Shown here piece by piece: positions 10,801-19,461 of a stretch of 64,000 bases of DNA. Under the pieces are notes generated by a model that searched no databases, had not been told where the DNA came from, and was given only the letters and a program-made list of their open reading frames with translations. The position numbers were made by a program, and so were the translations under genes. Numbering within the stretch: position 1 is the first letter of the stretch; every line of letters starts with the position of its first letter. The stretch spans positions 74,004-138,003 of the forward strand of contig CAZQKN010000007.1 in the NCBI GenBank assembly GCA_964593935.1. Reading direction: 5' to 3'. Origin of the DNA: an uncultured Akkermansia sp. Lineage in GTDB: Bacteria; Bacteroidota; Bacteroidia; Flavobacteriales_D; Crocinitomicaceae.

Positions 10801-11664
10801 CTTTGATCCAAGTCCTTCATACCTGATCTCCCTATGGACCCATTCTCCACTCGGTTTGTTTTCGTGAAAATATCCCTGCATGATCGGATACTTCGAATTC
10901 ATGGAATAAGAGTAAGCACCTTCTTTCAAACCATTTTTGAACTGAAAAGTTTCATGAATTGTATCCATGGCCGGAACACCCTTTGCAATAAATTCCTTGG
11001 CCGATCTTTGATTCATTCGGTTTTCTGCCTTGATCACGGTAAAACGCCAGTCCCCAACTTTTAATCCTTTGTGGAAATAACCCATTTTCGCAGTATCTCC
11101 TGCCGGATTGAACCATATCGCTTCACCTTCGAGCATATTGTCCTTCAAGTTGAAATAACCCGCTACCCTATCAGGGATCCTCTCTGCACGCCCATCGGGT
11201 TGAATATGGACAATGGTGTCGAAATACTGGACATAAAGTCCATCAGGAACCTTATCCAACAACGGAATAATATCCTTATCCATGGAATACTTCGACTGGA
11301 TCAGCAGGTAAGGATTTGATCGAATAGCATTACGCATCTTTCGCTTCCTCATGTATTTAGTGGTTCGCACCTCGCGCCTCATGCTTCGGCGTTTCATTTC
11401 CGACATGTATTCACGGTAACCTTCCTTGCTGTAATTGTCCCCAAAAAATGATTTATACCACTGTTTTAATGCAATATGATTTGGCCTCATGTGCTTAAGA
11501 GCCATAAAATACGCGTTATTGTAGCTAACCGGAATCCTGAAGGGGTATACCAACACCTCACGACCATTTATTGTGTCCTTGATCACTTTTTGTGCATTGG
11601 CTGACTCAGAGGTCAAGAACCCACAAAAAAACAGCAGGAGCACGAGGGTAAACTTTTTACTCAT
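7834..11664 (-). CDS. very large secreted MORN-variant (YwqK-like) repeat protein
   Basis: Signal peptide MSKKFTLVLLLFFCGFLTSESANA. It has many degenerate repeats, e.g. YYPNGKLMMRYVFGDGQL, YHTNGKLAKRGFFLNGEP and YYDNGVLMNEGKMENGLPVGVWKFYDPYGKL. There is a basic patch and several acidic stretches. I prefer the ATG at 11664 over the TTG at 11679. Confidence 0.85.
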   Translation of the reverse strand: MSKKFTLVLLLFFCGFLTSESANAQKVIKDTINGREVLVYPFRIPVSYNNAYFMALKHMRPNHIALKQWYKSFFGDNYSKEGYREYMSEMKRRSMRREVRTTKYMRKRKMRNAIRSNPYLLIQSKYSMDKDIIPLLDKVPDGLYVQYFDTIVHIQPDGRAERIPDRVAGYFNLKDNMLEGEAIWFNPAGDTAKMGYFHKGLKVGDWRFTVIKAENRMNQRSAKEFIAKGVPAMDTIHETFQFKNGLKEGAYSYSMNSKYPIMQGYFHENKPSGEWVHREIRYEGLGSKRKRIRNNDVVTLRYTLAEKDTVVKKALIRYKLFSERYYYGAPNQYDFDAKYEPTFNFNKLYSLAYPVESDLDMEEEKISSYEGSEDYASEELMEEEYFEEEEEYYREEGGGSTYGRKKYDYLTGEQIPYAKLIDSLGVKFAYRGIYEKYYPNGKLMMRYVFGDGQLQSEDTIFWDNGKPYDIIIFNEDSAHYVQSVYDYTGSLYKRLIFDSIGVFKRVDFEPQKMRFITIDGLQVSDNPDEKYFFYDKVDTLKNELKDSLILFRSWYKMDTSLLYSRSFVPEDRKLQFNFVSVKGTNPLETEIIFGEDYQSWTGSTVYRAGDLRVETKTSASFLEYYEPDTIPQLHVNQYDEYFETTQDQMLFRKDVPFSGKIDIRFNKSSFDLKTSSGSISLDLPRSYSQTSKLEKDIRRYRNKCKCRNDLLLGLIDASETDEDFGGSIFSNLIGGFVRPYVEYPYNDFHFEMEGPSRLGRRNGGAGADRIEGAFVGGKPQGLWKVKDSDGQVIVEIPYLNGEIHGTVRQYDYANPRPRGYGRVYDTVPSKRTFYLASETEYKNGIQQGKYIVYNWVGQTLLEENYVDGAKHGKAFERNSFAHTDLSYEFGALDGYIRTYLTLPKKDSLLLFELNFQDGLLQGESRSYHTNGKLAKRGFFLNGEPIDDYEAFDSLGVKYHYVKFQYSFPVEEKIWEENELSVRYLFDWRDSITFRPKDITSTQSLDRMLYQMGIGTEALQRPYYGRPSLIEKRGITYHMTKYYPNDTVARDGSLSFGKKTGCWKYYNYDGEMLYEVDYSDTVITVQDTIKFKSKGVLTDFNAKGQKLSESYIIEKFEKYDCSHTDHYEIRQLMTIWQAHDSLGLFNGYVKNYYDNGVLMNEGKMENGLPVGVWKFYDPYGKLNQVGEYVLGKRNGRWLAGDLSKTKYLGDICLNPNLPNLEEEIRYREKLLDIVITNYRMGKALNKEFYDVNLNNFDDENAESSEEVIEEVEMEEGE

Positions 11665-12631
11665 AGAATTGATAATCAAATTTTTCTTTTAAAACGGTCA
11701 CTTGTTTGCCCTCAGGAGCTGACTTTTTTCGAACAATGCCTTTAGGTAGGCTTGTGCTCTTCCAATGAAAATGTGTCATAATGCGGGTCAAGTATATTTT
11801 GTCAGTAAACGTCGAATCGACAAATCCGGTACACTTTCCCTCTTGATTATAGAACATTGTTCGAACAATCTCAAACGGGTACTCTTTCCTTCTTATTGTG
11901 TCCACCCTTCCGCTATTGGAAGAATAATGGAATTCATGAACATTGCTTTCATGAACCTTATTACGAACAAAATACCTTTTCCCGGGACGTCGGGCACTTC
12001 CCAACACGATCTGCTCATCTGACAAGGGCTTTAGGATAGTGTCCACCGAAAAAGGTCCCCAAAATTTTGGATCCCTGATGTAAGAGAGGTGTTGTCCACT
12101 TACAACATCCTTATACCTTATGGAATTGGCACCGTAGTACAATGGCACATGGATCCGATAAGTTTGCAGATACTCCTTTTGCAAACTCTTACCCTTAGAT
12201 GTTCTATCCTGCAATTCGCGGTAACCATTTCGATCCCGATGCTTTGCATAAACGAAACTTCGGCTATCTATGACCTGATCATCGTAATAGAAATTGACAC
12301 GGAAAGAATCTATCTCACCTTTTAAATCGAAATGATAATAGCGGATCTCTCTCAATTCATCCACTTCGCTCAGCCGATCTGAAGTGTCTCCACTTGTCAC
12401 AACGTATATACTTCGTATTACTGTTTTGATCTTTTCGGAGCGCACAACCGAATCATTGAACCATACAGGAAATGAAATATTGTTCTCTGATTCTGTGAGA
12501 TATAATTGTAGTTCAAGTAGACCGACCTGAAACTGATCCTTATCCGGATGCGAGGAAGAAGAAACCTTATCCTGTTTACACCCGAAAAGAACCAAGAGAA
12601 GAACTAAATTCGAACTGAAGAATCTCCACAT
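11657..12631 (-). CDS. hypothetical lipoprotein
   Basis: 324 aa with a lipobox-type signal (LLVLFGC). I recognise no family. Its stop overlaps the downstream MORN gene start (ATGAGTAA). Confidence 0.75.
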   Translation of the reverse strand: MWRFFSSNLVLLLVLFGCKQDKVSSSSHPDKDQFQVGLLELQLYLTESENNISFPVWFNDSVVRSEKIKTVIRSIYVVTSGDTSDRLSEVDELREIRYYHFDLKGEIDSFRVNFYYDDQVIDSRSFVYAKHRDRNGYRELQDRTSKGKSLQKEYLQTYRIHVPLYYGANSIRYKDVVSGQHLSYIRDPKFWGPFSVDTILKPLSDEQIVLGSARRPGKRYFVRNKVHESNVHEFHYSSNSGRVDTIRRKEYPFEIVRTMFYNQEGKCTGFVDSTFTDKIYLTRIMTHFHWKSTSLPKGIVRKKSAPEGKQVTVLKEKFDYQFYE

Positions 12632-12698
12632 AGACGGTTAAATTAGCAAAATCCTGAGTTGACTCAAAAAAAAGATGGACAAGGGCCTCTTTTTGCCT

Positions 12699-12706
12699 TA
12701 ATTTTG
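12699..12706 (+). promoter_or_regulatory. candidate Bacteroidota -7 promoter box TAATTTTG for ygiQ
   Basis: Exact match to TAnnTTTG, only 4 nt upstream of the ATG at 12711. Confidence 0.45.
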
Positions 12707-12710
12707 CAGC

Positions 12711-14606
12711 ATGTCAGAAAGACCGATCACCGATTGGCTTCCTCTAACCATGAAGGAAGTTGAAAAACGAGGATGGGACGAGATCGATGTGATCATCGTC
12801 TCCGGTGATGCCTATGTGGATCACCCATCCTTTGGAACAGCCGTTATTGGCAGGATCATGGAAGACGAAGGATTCCGTGTTGCCATTATCGCCCAACCCA
12901 ACTGGAAAGATGATCTTCGGGATTTCAAAAAGTTCGGAAAGCCAAAATACTTTTTCGGGGTCACGGCAGGTTGCATGGATTCCATGGTGAATCATTACAC
13001 AGCGAATAAACGACTGCGTTCCACGGATGCGTACACTCCTGGTGGCGTTGCGGGATTTCGTCCGGATTATGCGACCACGGTCTACACAAAGATCCTGAAA
13101 GAACTTTACCCGGATGTACCGGTACTCATCGGGGGAATTGAAGCTTCTTTGCGAAGAGTTACGCATTATGATTACTGGAAGGATCAACTCATGCCTTCCA
13201 TTTTGGTCGATTCAGGTGCGGATCTTTTGGTTTATGGTATGGGAGACCAGCCTTTGCGTGACATGCTGAAACTGGTAAAAAAAGGTGTTCCCTTCACCAA
13301 TTTGAGAACCTTGAATCAGGTAGCTTTCTTACAGGATGCAAAGGAGGAACTTCCCAAGAACAAGAAATGGGAAACCGTTGAACTGGCGAGTCACGAAGAA
13401 TGTTTATCGGATAAGATCAAATACGCCGCAAACTTCAAGATCGTTGAAGTAGAATCGAATAAATGGCAGGCAGATCGAATCATCCAAAGGGTTGGAGAAG
13501 AAGTTCTGGTGATCAACCCGCCATACAAAACAATGACCGAAGAAGAGATCGACCGTTCTTTCGATCTGCCATATACGCGTTTACCTCATCCGAAGTACAA
13601 GAAACGTGGAACGATCCCGGCATACGAAATGATCCGTTTTTCGGTCAATATGCATCGTGGATGTTTTGGTGGATGCAGTTTCTGTACTATCTCCGCTCAC
13701 CAGGGGAAATTCATTGCCTCGAGAAGTGAGAAATCGATCCTTCAGGAAGTAGAAGAAGTGGTAAATCATCCGGATTTCAGAGGTTATATCTCAGATCTGG
13801 GTGGTCCTTCAGCTAACATGTACAAGATGAAGGGCAAGGATGAATCCATCTGTGCAAAATGTTCTTCTCCAAGTTGCATTCATCCGGTGATCTGCTCAAA
13901 TCTGGACACCTCTCACAAACCGATGACAGAACTTTATCGCAAAGTGGATGCTCATCCAAAAGTGAAAAAAGCCTTCGTAGGTTCGGGAATTCGCTATGAC
14001 CTGCTGGTGGACGATTTCAACAAGAACAATGAAGACGGCAACCACGATGAATACATCGAACAGGTGATCACCCGCCATGTCAGTGGGAGATTAAAGGTTG
14101 CTCCTGAACATACTTCCGATGCGACTTTGCGTGTAATGCGTAAGCCATCCTTCAAGTACTTCCATAAGTTCAAGGAGAAATACGACAAAATATCCGAAAA
14201 ACATGGATTAAAACAGCAATTGATCCCTTACTTCATTTCTTCTCATCCGGGATGTGAAGAGGAAGATATGGCCAACCTTGCTGCAGAAACGAAAGATATG
14301 GGATTCCAGCTGGAACAGGTGCAGGATTTCACACCAACACCGATGACTGTTGCCGAAGTAATTTATTACACCGGAGTCCATCCGTATACCCTAAAACCGA
14401 TCAAAACGGTCAAGGACAAACAGGAAAAACTGGATCAAAACCGCTTCTTCTTCTGGTACAAGAAAGAAAATCAGGACTGGATCCGAAAAAAATTGACCAA
14501 AGCGAAGCGTCCGGACTTAATCGATAAACTACTGGGGGATCAAGGCAAGAAAGAGGAGAAAAAGGTACCTAAATGGCTGGAAGAGAGAAGGAAAAGAGGA
14601 AAATAA
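12711..14606 (+). CDS. ygiQ: YgiQ family (UPF0313) radical SAM protein
   Basis: 631 aa with the radical SAM cluster motif CFGGCSFC and a Lys-rich C-terminus. The architecture is YgiQ-like. Confidence 0.9.
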   Translation: MSERPITDWLPLTMKEVEKRGWDEIDVIIVSGDAYVDHPSFGTAVIGRIMEDEGFRVAIIAQPNWKDDLRDFKKFGKPKYFFGVTAGCMDSMVNHYTANKRLRSTDAYTPGGVAGFRPDYATTVYTKILKELYPDVPVLIGGIEASLRRVTHYDYWKDQLMPSILVDSGADLLVYGMGDQPLRDMLKLVKKGVPFTNLRTLNQVAFLQDAKEELPKNKKWETVELASHEECLSDKIKYAANFKIVEVESNKWQADRIIQRVGEEVLVINPPYKTMTEEEIDRSFDLPYTRLPHPKYKKRGTIPAYEMIRFSVNMHRGCFGGCSFCTISAHQGKFIASRSEKSILQEVEEVVNHPDFRGYISDLGGPSANMYKMKGKDESICAKCSSPSCIHPVICSNLDTSHKPMTELYRKVDAHPKVKKAFVGSGIRYDLLVDDFNKNNEDGNHDEYIEQVITRHVSGRLKVAPEHTSDATLRVMRKPSFKYFHKFKEKYDKISEKHGLKQQLIPYFISSHPGCEEEDMANLAAETKDMGFQLEQVQDFTPTPMTVAEVIYYTGVHPYTLKPIKTVKDKQEKLDQNRFFFWYKKENQDWIRKKLTKAKRPDLIDKLLGDQGKKEEKKVPKWLEERRKRGK

Positions 14607-14660
14607 ACTTGACTCAAGCTTCTCCTTTTCCTAATTTTACGGCTCTTAACCTCATACTGA

Positions 14661-17612
14661 ATGAAACGATTTTCATTACTTCTGCCGGCATTCTTCGTTG
14701 TGCTGAATTCGTTGGCCCAGATCAATTTCCAAGCGGCCTATCAAAACCATCCTGATCTTCCGCACGGTATTCTTGAAGCGGTATCTTTCACACAGACCAG
14801 AATGCAGGAGATCGGTGCAGACACCCAAGTTTCTTGTTCAGGAATGCCACTTCCATACGGTATAATGGGCCTATTCGAAAATGGCGCATCCTACTTCAAG
14901 GAGAATGGAAAACTGGTTGCCACATTTAGCGGTATTTCGGTAGAAGATCAAAAATCGAGTGTTTCCATACAGATCGAGGCTTATGCCAAGGCATTTAGTG
15001 TGATCTACTCTCAAGAGAAAAGAGCCAATCTTCCTCGTTCGAAAGGAGAGAATATCTACCGAACACTTTGTAGACTTTCAGAGATCCCTGACTCGGGTAC
15101 AGTGAATTTATTTGCTAGAGATGCTCAGGTTTTTGAGATCATGCGCTTCATGAACGATTCAGATAAAGCGCAGACGTATAATTTTGGTGTTCACCATTTC
15201 GATCTTCCAGCCATTTTTGGCAAGAACAACTACAAAGTATTGAGTGCAGGTCATGTCAATGTCTCTTCAGATGGAATAGAAAACGAATTGAGAGATAAAT
15301 ATTCATTCAATCAGGCTAAATCCATCCAATACCCACCTGCCATCTGGAATCCTGCTCCAACATGTAACTACAGTTCGCGAAATGGTATTGCCGTATCTGC
15401 CATAACCATACACACGATTCAGGGAACTTACGCCGGAGCCATTTCGTGGTCACAGAACTGTAATTCCAATGTTTCCTATCACTACGTCATCAGAAGCTCA
15501 GACGGACAGGTCACACAGATGGTCGACGAAGCCAACAAAGCATGGCACGTAGGTTCTGAGAATCCTTACACGATCGGATACGAGCACGAAGGTTATGTGG
15601 ACAATCCTGTCTGGTACACCGAGGCGATGTACAATTCATCAGCTGACCTTAGTCGCGATGTGATCAACAGCGGATACGGTATTCCGGGCCTTCGTACCTA
15701 TTACGGAGCTTCTTCGGCTTCTATTCAGGTATTGGGAGGCTGTACAAAGATCAAGGGCCATCAACATTACCCGAATCAGACGCATACCGATCCGGGTATC
15801 AACTGGAACTGGGAAAAATATTACAGACTGATCAATAATAACCCAAACATTCAGACGATCACAACAGCTTCAGGAAATTTCTACGATTCAGGTGGTTCCG
15901 CCGGAAGTTACACCGATGACGAGCGCTTGTTGTGGCTGTTCCAACCGGCAAATGCAAATTCTGTAACCCTCAATTTCAGTTCTTTCAATGTTGAGTCCGG
16001 TTATGATCGTTTATTCATTTACGACGGAAGCACAGTTAATGCACCACTTATCGGCTCTTATACAGGAAACAATTCACCTGGGACAGTTAGCTCAAGTAGT
16101 GGTAGTTTATTGGTGGAATTTCGTTCAGATTGCGGAACGGTAGCCACCGGTTGGGCCGCAGCATTCAGCAGTACCAGCAGCGATGATCAGGCACCAACAA
16201 CGGCAATTTCTGCAAATGGCGATTGGCAAACCAATGATTTCACGGTCAATTTCACTGATGCAGACAATATTGGCGTTGTGGGTAGATATTACCTTGTTGC
16301 CGACAGAGATCCATCGAACGGCAAATGGTCATCAAATGGCGAACATGGATTCTGCAATGAACTGTTTGGGCTGGATGCAGCACTATGGACAGATGTTACA
16401 GGAGATTATACCTTCAACAACGGCACTTTGACGTTTTCGGATATCGCTCAACAAAACTCAAACACTTTCTACAGTGTAAACCAAGATAATTCCACGGCTT
16501 TTCTTTACGAGTGGAATCAAACGATTAGCTCCACTTCAACAAATCAAAGAGCCGGACTGCATTTCTTCTGTGACGATCCAACGCTTCCCAACAGAGGTAA
16601 CTCGTATTTTGTGTTTTTCAGGGAAACCGAACAAAAGGCTCAGATCTACAAGGTGACAGATGACGTTTTTTCGATGAAAACGAACGACAACTGCGTTGTT
16701 ACAGCCAATGTGAATTACACTTATCGAGTTACATACAACCCACAATCGGGATGGATTAAGGTATACGTTGGCAACCAGTTGGTAACGCAGTGGCAGGACA
16801 TAGAACCATTGCAATCCGGTAACAGCATTTCACTGAGAACTGGCGGTTGTTCGGCAACATTTGACAATATTCGTGTCTTCCGTTCGAGAGGAACTTCAGC
16901 TAACATCAGCATTGGCAATAATGCCATGATCCGATATCAAAGTGAAGGCGCAATCGCAAGTGGAGCTGCGCGATCTATGGCTGTTGACGAGATCGGCAAC
17001 TGGTCGGAAGGTGTAAGTGAGGTTTTCCTCATCGATTGGACGGCTCCTGTCCTGACCTTTTTAAATGACGGAAATGGAAACGATATCGACACCAACTACA
17101 GCACAACCCTTGAAGCGAACTGGTTAGCCGACGATATTCATTCCGGAATAGGGAATTATGAGGTTGCGATTGGTTTGCTGCCTTCCTTGAACAATGTGCT
17201 CAATTGGACGGATGTTTCCCTTGATGAAGCTTTTTCACATGTTCTTACATCACCGGTATACGATCAGGTTTACCACATTTCCCTAAGAATTAAGAATAGT
17301 GCGGATCTTGAAGCTCTTTATGTATCTGATGGCCAACGACTCGTTGATCCGAATGACACAAGCTTGTTGGTCAATGAAAGTGCTCTTCAGGATCTTAATG
17401 TCTTTCCGAATCCTGTACAAACAGAATTTTATCTGAATGAAGTAGCATCAGGAGCACAACTTTTCCTCTATGATACACAGGGTAAACTGGTATTGGAAAA
17501 ACCTTCCTATGATCTGAAGTCTGTTGATGTGAGCTACTTGAGTCAGGGAGTTTACCAACTTGTAATTCGAAAGGGAAACAGTTTCGTAGTGAGGAAATTA
17601 TTGAAGGAATAG
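14661..17612 (+). CDS. secreted N-acetylmuramoyl-L-alanine amidase (Amidase_2/PGRP-like) with CUB-like and lectin-like domains and a T9SS C-terminal sorting domain
   Basis: Has a signal peptide. The amidase_2 core is YHYVIRSSDGQVTQMVDEANKAWHVG...GYEHEG. The CUB-like segment is GNFYDSGG...YDRLFIYDGSTVNAPLIGSYTG...LLVEFRSD...GWAAAF. The T9SS tail is LNVFPNPVQTEFYL...GVYQLVIRKGNSF. Confidence 0.85.
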   Translation: MKRFSLLLPAFFVVLNSLAQINFQAAYQNHPDLPHGILEAVSFTQTRMQEIGADTQVSCSGMPLPYGIMGLFENGASYFKENGKLVATFSGISVEDQKSSVSIQIEAYAKAFSVIYSQEKRANLPRSKGENIYRTLCRLSEIPDSGTVNLFARDAQVFEIMRFMNDSDKAQTYNFGVHHFDLPAIFGKNNYKVLSAGHVNVSSDGIENELRDKYSFNQAKSIQYPPAIWNPAPTCNYSSRNGIAVSAITIHTIQGTYAGAISWSQNCNSNVSYHYVIRSSDGQVTQMVDEANKAWHVGSENPYTIGYEHEGYVDNPVWYTEAMYNSSADLSRDVINSGYGIPGLRTYYGASSASIQVLGGCTKIKGHQHYPNQTHTDPGINWNWEKYYRLINNNPNIQTITTASGNFYDSGGSAGSYTDDERLLWLFQPANANSVTLNFSSFNVESGYDRLFIYDGSTVNAPLIGSYTGNNSPGTVSSSSGSLLVEFRSDCGTVATGWAAAFSSTSSDDQAPTTAISANGDWQTNDFTVNFTDADNIGVVGRYYLVADRDPSNGKWSSNGEHGFCNELFGLDAALWTDVTGDYTFNNGTLTFSDIAQQNSNTFYSVNQDNSTAFLYEWNQTISSTSTNQRAGLHFFCDDPTLPNRGNSYFVFFRETEQKAQIYKVTDDVFSMKTNDNCVVTANVNYTYRVTYNPQSGWIKVYVGNQLVTQWQDIEPLQSGNSISLRTGGCSATFDNIRVFRSRGTSANISIGNNAMIRYQSEGAIASGAARSMAVDEIGNWSEGVSEVFLIDWTAPVLTFLNDGNGNDIDTNYSTTLEANWLADDIHSGIGNYEVAIGLLPSLNNVLNWTDVSLDEAFSHVLTSPVYDQVYHISLRIKNSADLEALYVSDGQRLVDPNDTSLLVNESALQDLNVFPNPVQTEFYLNEVASGAQLFLYDTQGKLVLEKPSYDLKSVDVSYLSQGVYQLVIRKGNSFVVRKLLKE

Positions 17613-17641
17613 AAGTCTATAAACAACCATTTACAGACATG

Positions 17642-17669
17642 AAAAAAGGGAGCCCGAAAGCTCCCTTTT
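17642..17669. terminator. bidirectional rho-independent terminator between convergent amidase gene and rplY
   Basis: GGGAGC (17648-17653), loop CCGAAA, GCTCCC (17660-17665). It is flanked by an A-run and a T-run. Confidence 0.75.
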
Positions 17670-17689
17670 CTAATTTCAATGATCGAAGA

Positions 17690-18280
17690 TTATGCTTCTT
17701 CTTCCTCCTCGTCATCAGCGTCTGCACCCTTAACCGCTCCACGAGCCATTTTAACGGATACAACCACTGCATTTGCAGGATCAAGGAACTTTACTCCATC
17801 GATCGCGATATCCTTCACACGGATAGCGTGACCAATACGAAGCTTCGAAATGTCAAGTGTGATCGCATCTGGAAGGTCTTTCGCCAAACCTACACATGTT
17901 AGGTTACGGAAAACCTGCTGAAGACGACCTCCGGCCATTACACCTCGAGAAGAACCTGTCAAACGTACAGGAAGACCAACCTTGATCGGCTTCTTATCTG
18001 TTGTCTGAAGGAAATCCACGTGCATGATAGTGTCCTTAACAGGATGCTGCTGAAGCTCACGTACGATCGCTGTAGCTTTCTTTCCTTCGATGTCAAGTTC
18101 TACCTGATAAACTTCTGGTGAGAAGATGATCTTTTCAAGATCTACTCGCTTTACTGCGAAGTGAGTCTGCTCACCTGTACCGTAAAGCACACAAGGAACC
18201 AACCCGGCATTTCTAACTGCCGCAGCGTCCTTCTTCCCTACGTTCGTTCTAGACGAACCGCTCAATTGTGCTGTTTTCAT
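17690..18280 (-). CDS. rplY: 50S ribosomal protein L25 / general stress protein Ctc
   Basis: 196 aa, the two-domain Ctc form, with an acidic C-terminal tail. It is adjacent to prs, as in many bacteria. Confidence 0.92.
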   Translation of the reverse strand: MKTAQLSGSSRTNVGKKDAAAVRNAGLVPCVLYGTGEQTHFAVKRVDLEKIIFSPEVYQVELDIEGKKATAIVRELQQHPVKDTIMHVDFLQTTDKKPIKVGLPVRLTGSSRGVMAGGRLQQVFRNLTCVGLAKDLPDAITLDISKLRIGHAIRVKDIAIDGVKFLDPANAVVVSVKMARGAVKGADADDEEEEEA

Positions 18281-18290
18281 TTATATGAAT

Positions 18291-19226
18291 TTAAGAAATT
18301 ACAAAGTGTGAACTGATGGATTGGTTGTTGACCAGTCTGCGGATTACATCTGCAAACAGATCAGAAACCGTCAGTACACGGATCTTATCGCTCTGCTGTC
18401 GCAGAGGAATAGTGTCCGTAACGATCAATTCCGTCAGTTTTGAATTTTCAATTCGCTCGAATGCCGGACCGGAAAGTACCGCATGGGTACAGAAGGCACG
18501 AACACTCTTCGCTCCCTTTTCCATGAAAAGGTCAGCTGCTTTGGTAAGCGTACCTGCAGTATCGCACATGTCGTCGATCAGGATCACGTCCTTTCCTTCC
18601 ACATCACCGATAACGGTCATTTCAGCTACTTCATTAGCCTGTTTGCGTTGCTTGTGACAAATAGCAAGACCTGTATTCAACTTCTTCGCATACGAGTTGG
18701 CTCTTTTCGCTCCACCTGCATCAGGCGCCGCCATGATCAAATTGCCATTGTCGAGTTTCTCCAGTTCTGAGAGGAACAAGGTAGAAGCATATAAATGGTC
18801 AACAGGAACTTCGAAGAATCCCTGGATCTGATCCGCATGAAGGTCCATTGTGATCAAACGATTCACTCCGGCAGCCATGAGCATGTTAGCAACCAGTTTC
18901 GCTCCGATAGCCACTCTTGGCTTGTCCTTGCGGTCCTGACGTGCAAAACCAAAGTAAGGAATAACGGCTACGATCTTTCTGGCTGAAGCTCTTTTCGCTG
19001 CATCGACCATCAAAAGCAATTCGAAAAGATTTTCACTTGGTGGCATCGTTGACTGAACGATAAATACATCCTGACCTCGAACCGTTTCTTCGAATGAAGG
19101 CTGGAACTCGCCATCGCTGAATTCCAACACTTTAACATCTCCGAGCTTCACACCATAGCTTTTCGCTATCTGCTCCGCAAGATGTAAAGAGGCTCTACCG
19201 GAAAATATTTTTACACCAACTGACAT
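18291..19226 (-). CDS. prs: ribose-phosphate pyrophosphokinase
   Basis: Starts MSVGVKIFSGRASLHLAEQIA at the ATG at 19226. It has DLHADQIQGFF and the PRPP-binding loop VILIDDMCDTAGT. The ORF-track extension to 19346 runs through intergenic repeats and is rejected. Confidence 0.93.
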   Translation of the reverse strand: MSVGVKIFSGRASLHLAEQIAKSYGVKLGDVKVLEFSDGEFQPSFEETVRGQDVFIVQSTMPPSENLFELLLMVDAAKRASARKIVAVIPYFGFARQDRKDKPRVAIGAKLVANMLMAAGVNRLITMDLHADQIQGFFEVPVDHLYASTLFLSELEKLDNGNLIMAAPDAGGAKRANSYAKKLNTGLAICHKQRKQANEVAEMTVIGDVEGKDVILIDDMCDTAGTLTKAADLFMEKGAKSVRAFCTHAVLSGPAFERIENSKLTELIVTDTIPLRQQSDKIRVLTVSDLFADVIRRLVNNQSISSHFVIS

Positions 19227-19246
19227 AACACCGCAAATTGAGGGCG

Positions 19247-19254
19247 CAAAGTTA
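19247..19254 (-). promoter_or_regulatory. candidate -7 box TAACTTTG for prs
   Basis: Plus strand reads CAAAGTTA. It matches TAnnTTTG on the minus strand, 20 nt upstream of the prs ATG. Confidence 0.35.
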
Positions 19255-19293
19255 AACAAAATATGGAAAAATGAATACGCAGAGGGGAAAAAT

Positions 19294-19438
19294 GAACAGA
19301 GCAAAGAGCAAAGACTTTTGATCGTACGATGTATTTCGATCTTCAAAGGTTGATTTGAATTTTATTATCAGACCCAAGAAATTCAATTATTTGAAAAATC
19401 CGTCCTTGTTCTTTGTTCTTTGCTCTTTGTTCCTTGAT
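19294..19438. repeat. inverted heptad-repeat arms (hairpin-type intergenic element) between prs and the SRAP gene
   Basis: The left arm is GAACAG AGCAAAG AGCAAAG AC (19294-19315). The right arm is CCTTGTT CTTTGTT CTTTGCT CTTTGTT CCTTGAT (19404-19438). The arms share a 13-nt perfect complementary run, TCTTTGCTCTTTG. A nested inverted repeat TTGAATTT/AAATTCAA lies between them. Confidence 0.6.
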
Positions 19439-19461
19439 CAAAAAAATCCTACCTTCATCCC

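Noticed and set aside
19273-19281. Isolated operator half-site GAATACGCA upstream of prs
   Set aside because: There is no matching inverted arm at the 4-nt spacing, so it is a single half-site only.
19227-19346. 40-codon N-terminal extension of prs in the ORF track
   Set aside because: It runs through the intergenic heptad repeats and the predicted prs -7 box. The ATG at 19226 gives the canonical Prs N-terminus (MSVGVKIFSG).
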